Source: the human T2T-CHM13v2.0 reference genome, Homo sapiens
NCBI RefSeq assembly: GCF_009914755.1
Contig: NC_060940.1
Length of the DNA: 64,000 nucleotides
Strand: one strand, 5' to 3'
Shown here: piece by piece, positions 58,868 to 64,000 of the stretch
Layout: every line of letters begins with the position of its first letter
Position numbering within the stretch: position 1 is the first letter of the stretch
The notes under the pieces: model-generated
The model's database searches: none
The model's input: only the letters and a program-made list of their open reading frames with translations
Told to the model about the DNA's origin: nothing
Made by a program: the position numbers and the translations under genes

Positions 58868-59079
58868 CACATTTTTTTTCTCTTCCCTGTCTTCCTGCTA
58901 TGATTATCTTATTATATATATTTACCTTTGCAATTTTAGGGACAAATTTAGGCTAGAGTTTTACATTTTAGGCGGTTATAAAAGCAACGCTTATGACAGC
59001 CCTGGGGAAGGAGGCCAGGTGGCCGCAGGTGGCAGCAATATGGGTGGGTGGCAGGTGAGGAAGGACAAAGCCTTGGGGG

Positions 59080-59590
59080 CATCCTTCATGTTTCTCTTTC
59101 TCGGACAGTCCATGTCCATAGAACCAGATGATTCTCTTGGCTCTGCCTTCAAAATATATCCAATTAGACTGCATCTCTCGATGCCTGCGATGCTTCCATT
59201 CCGATCTAAGCCCTGTCTTCTCTTGCCTGCGTTATTGTAATTGCCTTCTGATGGGTCTCCCTGTTTCTGCTATTGCCTCTCTGCCAAAGGAGACATTTAA
59301 AATGTAAGTCAGAGCACACCACTTGTATTCTAACCACACACCTCCCCCACCGCCCCCATAGCTCTCCACTTCATTCAGAGTCAAAGCCAACTCCCTGCTG
59401 CCACATCTGGACCACAGCTGCTGTCTGGGTTTCACCGCCAAGACGCTCTTCCTTTCTCCCTCTGTTCCACACTGGCCTGGATGTTTGTTCCTCAACGAAA
59501 CCAAGCACACTCCCACCTCCGAACCTGCGCAGTTTGATCCCTCTGTCTAGAATATTCCGACCCCAGCAATCTGCATGGCTCATTTCCTTT
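59080..59590 (+). mobile_element. L2 fragment
   Basis: ctctgccttcaaaatatatcca...ttattgtaattgccttctgatgggtctccctg...ccacactggcctgg. Confidence 0.7.
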
Positions 59591-59845
59591 CACCAGCTGC
59601 TCTGGAGGGAGTGGCACTAAAGCCAGGAAATGGCAGGTGCAGATCAGCGTTTGAGAGAGCTTGACAGGTGGGGTAGGAGGAGAATCGGGCACCAGGGAGG
59701 AGGAGGACCCAGCCATGCCTCTAACATGATGGCCTCAGGCCTGATTTTTGGTTAAAGTAGAAGGAGCAATGGGAAAGGGAGAGGCTAGAACCTGAAAAAG
59801 AAGGAAAAGTGGACTGGGCACGGTGGCTGATGCCTGTAGTCCCCG

Positions 59846-61224
59846 TGTGTCCAGAATTAGTGGGTGCTTGGTCTCACTGACTTCAAGAATGAAGCCGCGG
59901 ACCCTCGTGGTGTTACAGTTCTTAAAGGTGATGTGTCCAGAATTCGTTCCTTCTGATGTTTGGATACGTTCGGAGTGTCTTCCTTCTAGTGGGTTTGTGA
60001 TCTCGCTGGTTTCAGGAGTGAAGTCGCAGACCTTCACAGTGAGTGTTACAGCTCTAAAGGCAGCACATCCATAGTTGTTCATTTCTCATGGTGGGTTCAT
60101 GGTCTCGCTGGCTTCAAGAGTGAAGCTGCAGACCTTGGCAGTGAGTGTTACAGCTCGTAAAGGTAGTGCAGACCCAAAGACTGAGCAGCAGCAAGATTTT
60201 TTGCAAAGAGCCAAAGAACAAAGCTTCTACAGCGTGGAATACGACCTGAGCAGGTAGCCACTACTGGCTCGGGCAGCTGCTGCTGGCTGCTTTTATTCCC
60301 TTATCTAGCCCCACCCACATCCTGCTGATTGGTCCATTTTACAGAGAACTCATTGGTCTGTTTTACAGAGAGCTGGTTGGTCTGTTTTGACAGGGTGCTG
60401 ATTGGTGCGTTTACAATCCCTGAGCTAGACACAAAAGTTCTCCAAGTCCCGCTAGATTAGCTAGGCACAGAGCACTGATTGGTGCATTCACAAACCCTGA
60501 GCTAGACACAGGGTGCTGATTGGTGCATTTACAATCCTTGAGCTAGACACAGAGTGCTGATTGGTGTATTTACAATCCCTTAGCTAGACATAAAGGTTCT
60601 CGAAGTCCCCACTACACTCAGGAGCCCAGCTGGCTTCACCCAGTGGATCCCGCACCAGGGCCACCAGTGGAGCTGCCCACTAGTCCCGCGCCTAGCCTGC
60701 GCCCACACTCCTCAGCCCTTGGGCGGTGGATGGGACCGGGTGCCGTGGAGCAGGGAGCGGAGCTTGTCGGGGAGGCTCGGCCACGCAGGAGCCCACGTGG
60801 GGAGGCAGCTGAGGCTTGGTGAGAATTTGAGTGCAATGTCGGCCGGCGGGCACTCCTGGGGCACCCGTCGCACCCTCCACAGCTGCTGGCCTGAGTGCTA
60901 CGCCCCTTACCACCCGGGGCCGGTGGCGCTGGCCAGCAGCTCCGAGTGCCGGCCCGCTGAGCCCACGCCTACCTGGAACTCGCGCTGGCCAGCAAGCCCC
61001 GCACGCAGCCTCGGTTCCTGCCCGTGCCTCTCCCTCCACACCTCCCCGCAAGCTCAGGGAGCCGGCTCTGGCCTCGGCCAGCCCAGAGAGGGGCCTCCAC
61101 AGCGCAGTGGTGGGCTGAAGGGCTCCTCGAGCATGGCCAGAGCGGACACCAAGGCCGAGGAGGCTCTGAGAGCAAACGAGGGATACGAGGGCTGCCAGGG
61201 CTGCCAACACGCTGTCACCTCTCA
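59846..61224 (-). mobile_element. LTR12-family (ERV9) solo LTR, long C/D/E type
   Basis: Minus strand begins TGAGAGGTGACAGCGTG and ends AATTCTGGACACA; 4-bp TSD cccg / ccag; CpG-rich U3. Confidence 0.95.
60260..60570 (-). promoter_or_regulatory. LTR12 U3 promoter/enhancer: six CCAAT (NF-Y) boxes plus AATAAAA TATA-like element
   Basis: ATTGG on + at 60328, 60352, 60401, 60478, 60519, 60560 (last three 41 bp apart); ttttatt at 60291-60297. Confidence 0.7.
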
Positions 61225-61759
61225 CCAGCACTTTGGGAGGCCAAGGCGGGTAGATCACTTGAGGTCAGGAGTTCGAGACCAGCCTGGCCAACATGGTGAA
61301 ACCCCATCTTTACTAAAAATACAAAAATTAACCGGGTGTAGTGGCACACACCTGTAATCCCAGCTACTCCAGAGGCTGAGGCACGAGAAGAACTTGAACC
61401 TGGGAGGAGGAGGTTGCAATGAGTCAAGATTGCACTACACTCCAGCCTGGATGACAGAGCAAGACTCCGTGTCAAAAAGGAAAAAAAAAAAAAAAAAAAA
61501 AACCAAAAAGTTAATGGGGGAAGAATGTCCCTAAGGAGGGAGAGGGCGCAAGATGAAAAGGATAAGGGTATGAAACAAAATTAATTAACAAGTTCATGCC
61601 TGAGAGCCATACTTTTCTCTACAAAATGGAAGGCAGGGTCCAATCCAAGGGGGCTGGGGCCAACTTAGGGGACAGAGAAGTGATCACGTGGGTTTCAAGC
61701 TCATCAGCTGCTGAGGGGTACAGGAGAGGGAGATGACAAGGGGAGTATAAATGGATTTC

Positions 61760-61926
61760 CCAGGGAGGGATAGCATTAGGAGAAATACCTAATGTAGATG
61801 ATGGGTTGATGGGTGTGGCAAACCACCATGGCGCATGTATTCGTATGTAACAAACCTGCACATTCCGCACATGTATCCCAGAACTGAAAGTACAGTTAAA
61901 AAAAAAAAAAGTGAAAAAAAAAAAAG
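61760..61926 (+). mobile_element. Short L1PA (PA6-8-like) 3' end with A tail
   Basis: gggagggatagcattaggagaaatacctaatgtagatg...cacatgtatcccagaact then poly-A. Confidence 0.85.
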
Positions 61927-62044
61927 ATGATGTTTCCACTGAGACGCACTAATTGTGAGCGAAGTAGGATCATGGATAAACATCAGCAGGTAGGTTTTGC
62001 ATTTGCTCAGTGTGAGACAACTATTGTATGCCTACATAGTGCAT

Positions 62045-62500
62045 GGCCTTGTGCTTCCTGATCCATTCTTCGTGATTCCCTTGCTCTATGTGTATGGCAG
62101 GTCTTCACCCCTGCAGGTAGTGTTTCCCAGGCTACCTTGTCAGCTAAATCTTGGCAGCATATGGCCCCTATTAAGAACTGGCTGGAGCTTGGAAGGCAGA
62201 ATAAGGCAAAAAGGCGAGTATTTCTCCCTTTTTTTTCCCTGTGCTTTAAGTGTGGTTTCCATCAGCAGCTACTTCTCTTCCATGACTCCAGGTTCCTCCA
62301 CGCAGTTCCGGGTTGTCCTCATTTATTCCCGTCCAGTAACTCTGCCTTCTGCTTTTCCCCCTGTAGTGAAAGAATGGCAAAAACATCTCCTCTTACCTGA
62401 GGCTTATGAGCTCTTCTAACATCTGCATAAACGACTTCATAAATTAAATTATCTCTATTTCAAATTTAAAAAAAAGGATTTCCCTGAATGCTGAGTGACC
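62045..62500 (+). mobile_element. LTR33-like ancient ERVL LTR
   Basis: tttcccaggctaccttgtcagct...ggcagaataaggc...ataaattaaattatctctatttcaaat; family tentative. Confidence 0.4.
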
Positions 62501-62703
62501 CAGCAAAACTGGAGTTGAATTTGAAGTCTCCACATTTGTGCTTGTATGATGTATGCTTTTCCCCTAGCAGTGCTTGGCAGTATGTTGTAATAATAACAAC
62601 AACAATAATGATAACTAACATTTAATAGAGGATTATTATTTTCCCTATTTAAAAAATGAGGAAACTGAGGCACAGAGAGGTTACATAGTCAGTGAGTAGT
62701 CAG

Positions 62704-63195
62704 TGTTACTCAGGGTTCTCCAGAGAAACAATGGAACCAATAGGATATTCATTCATTCATTCACTCATTCAGAATTGGCTCATGTGATTATGGAGGCTGA
62801 CAAGTCCCAAGATCTGCTATCAGCAAGCTGGAGATCCAGGAGAGCTGATGGTGTAGTTACAGTCTGAACGCTGGTAACCTTTATAGCCAGAAAGAGCACA
62901 TGCTGCACTTTCAGTCTGAAGATAGGAAAGAACAAATGTCCCAGTTGAAAGAACTGTCAAGCAGAAGGAATTCCCTCTCACTTATGGAAATGCCAGACTT
63001 TCTATTCTATTTCTGCCTTTAACTGATTGGACAAGGCCTGCCCACATTAGGGAGGAAAATCTGCTTTACTCAGTTTACCTATTCAAATGTCAGTCTCATC
63101 AGAAACACCCTCGTAGACACTTGTAGAATAATGCTTGACAAATGTCTGAGCATCCCATAGACCAGTCAAGTAGATGCATGAAATTAACCATCACG
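62704..63195 (-). mobile_element. MLT2 (ERVL) solo LTR inserted in a MIR
   Basis: cagggttctccagagaaaca...gaattggctcatgtgattatggaggctgacaagtcccaagatctgc...aaattaaccatcac. Confidence 0.85.
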
Positions 63196-63704
63196 GTGGT
63201 GGAGCCTCAATTCAAACCCAGGCAATCTCTACCCATTGGAGTCTGAGGCTGAGCAATTTTTGAGATAGTGGCTGAAATATTGTGGAGTGATTGAAGTAAT
63301 GCTCTAATGGAAGTGTAAGCTGGGAAATACTAGTACTGATGATATTACTACTAATAATTATTGCTTTTAGAGATCAAGCCAAGATAAAGGTTTGGGAGTG
63401 GGAGGTATTGGAAGTCTCCAGGGAGCTTAGGAAACAGTTGAAACAAAAGTGCTGAAAGGTGTATTATGGAAGGTATAGGAGAAGCTGCTGCAACAGAAGG
63501 ACCAGAAAATACAGAGGTTTAAACAGAATGGAAGTTTATTTCTTCCCACATAACAGTTCAGAGGTGGGTGAGAAGGGTTTGCCAACCCCGATACATAGTT
63601 ACCATCTCTAGCCCAGCTTCTCCAGTTGTTAGCACCTCCCAGCCAATGGGAAGAAGGATTGCACAGAGCAGTGCATGGCTACCTTTTCTAGGATCTGCAC
63701 CTGA

Positions 63705-63945
63705 GCTGTCTGCCATGGCGACCATCTGTGGCTATTGCGCACTTGAAATATGGCAAGTGAGAATGAGGACGTGAATTTTGTATTTAATTTCATTCTAATT
63801 AGTTTAAATTTACATTTTGAAAAATCATACTCCATTCACTTATTTTTAAGGATGTTTGAATAACTTTTAAGGATGTTTGAATAACTTGGATATATTGAAT
63901 GTGCTTTTTCAACTACAAATTGTATAAAACTGAAATACAGATCAA
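63705..63945. mobile_element. hAT-Charlie fragment (MER3/Charlie1-like) with a ~21-bp tandem duplication
   Basis: tgtggctattgcgcacttgaaatatggc...aaatacagatcaa; ttttaaggatgtttgaataac occurs twice. Confidence 0.6.
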
Positions 63946-64000
63946 CTCTCCCTTCCTTCCTTTCTTCCTCCCCCGCTTCCTTTTTCTTTTTCTTTCTCTT

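Larger units (their letters stand above)
59811..61502 (+). mobile_element. AluS split by LTR12 (parts 59811-59845 and 61225-61502)
   Basis: ggactgggcacggtggctgatgcctgtagtc rejoins ccagcactttgggaggccaaggcggg. Confidence 0.93.

Noticed and set aside
59022-59036. Second CTCF-like motif GCCGCAGGTGGCAGC
   Set aside because: Two mismatches in the 5' core; insufficient on motif alone.
60636-61357. GC-rich overlapping ORFs and an apparent CpG-island gene promoter
   Set aside because: Lies within LTR12 U3 and the adjacent Alu; long ORFs are expected from the high GC content.

Overview
Human genomic DNA, intergenic or deep-intronic, with no credible protein-coding exon, RNA gene or CRISPR array. The species call rests on a 5'-truncated L1 carrying the human-specific Ta diagnostic bases. 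The window is mostly interspersed repeats: about 30 Alus, many MIR and L2 fragments, old and young L1s, MaLR/ERVL/ERV1 solo LTRs and hAT/Tc-mariner DNA transposon relics. It also holds a long GAA/GAG tract, an 11-copy 32-bp minisatellite and several TE-free, motif-dense blocks that may be developmental enhancers. The ORFs I could attribute derive from Alu, L1, LTR or simple repeats; the rest look like chance ORFs. I found no evidence of a new biological system. The best observations are retrotransposition events readable from the sequence: an L1HS Ta-0 insertion with a 17-bp target-site duplication (TSD), likely polymorphic; an L1 with 5' inversion, large deletion and apparent 3' transduction nested in a MADE1 inside an L2; a ~45-bp L1 insertion with a 20-bp TSD; a second twin-primed L1; and an LTR12 solo LTR with an intact CCAAT array splitting an Alu. 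Family names come from recalled consensus sequences and old-repeat boundaries are approximate. The locus could not be identified without a search.
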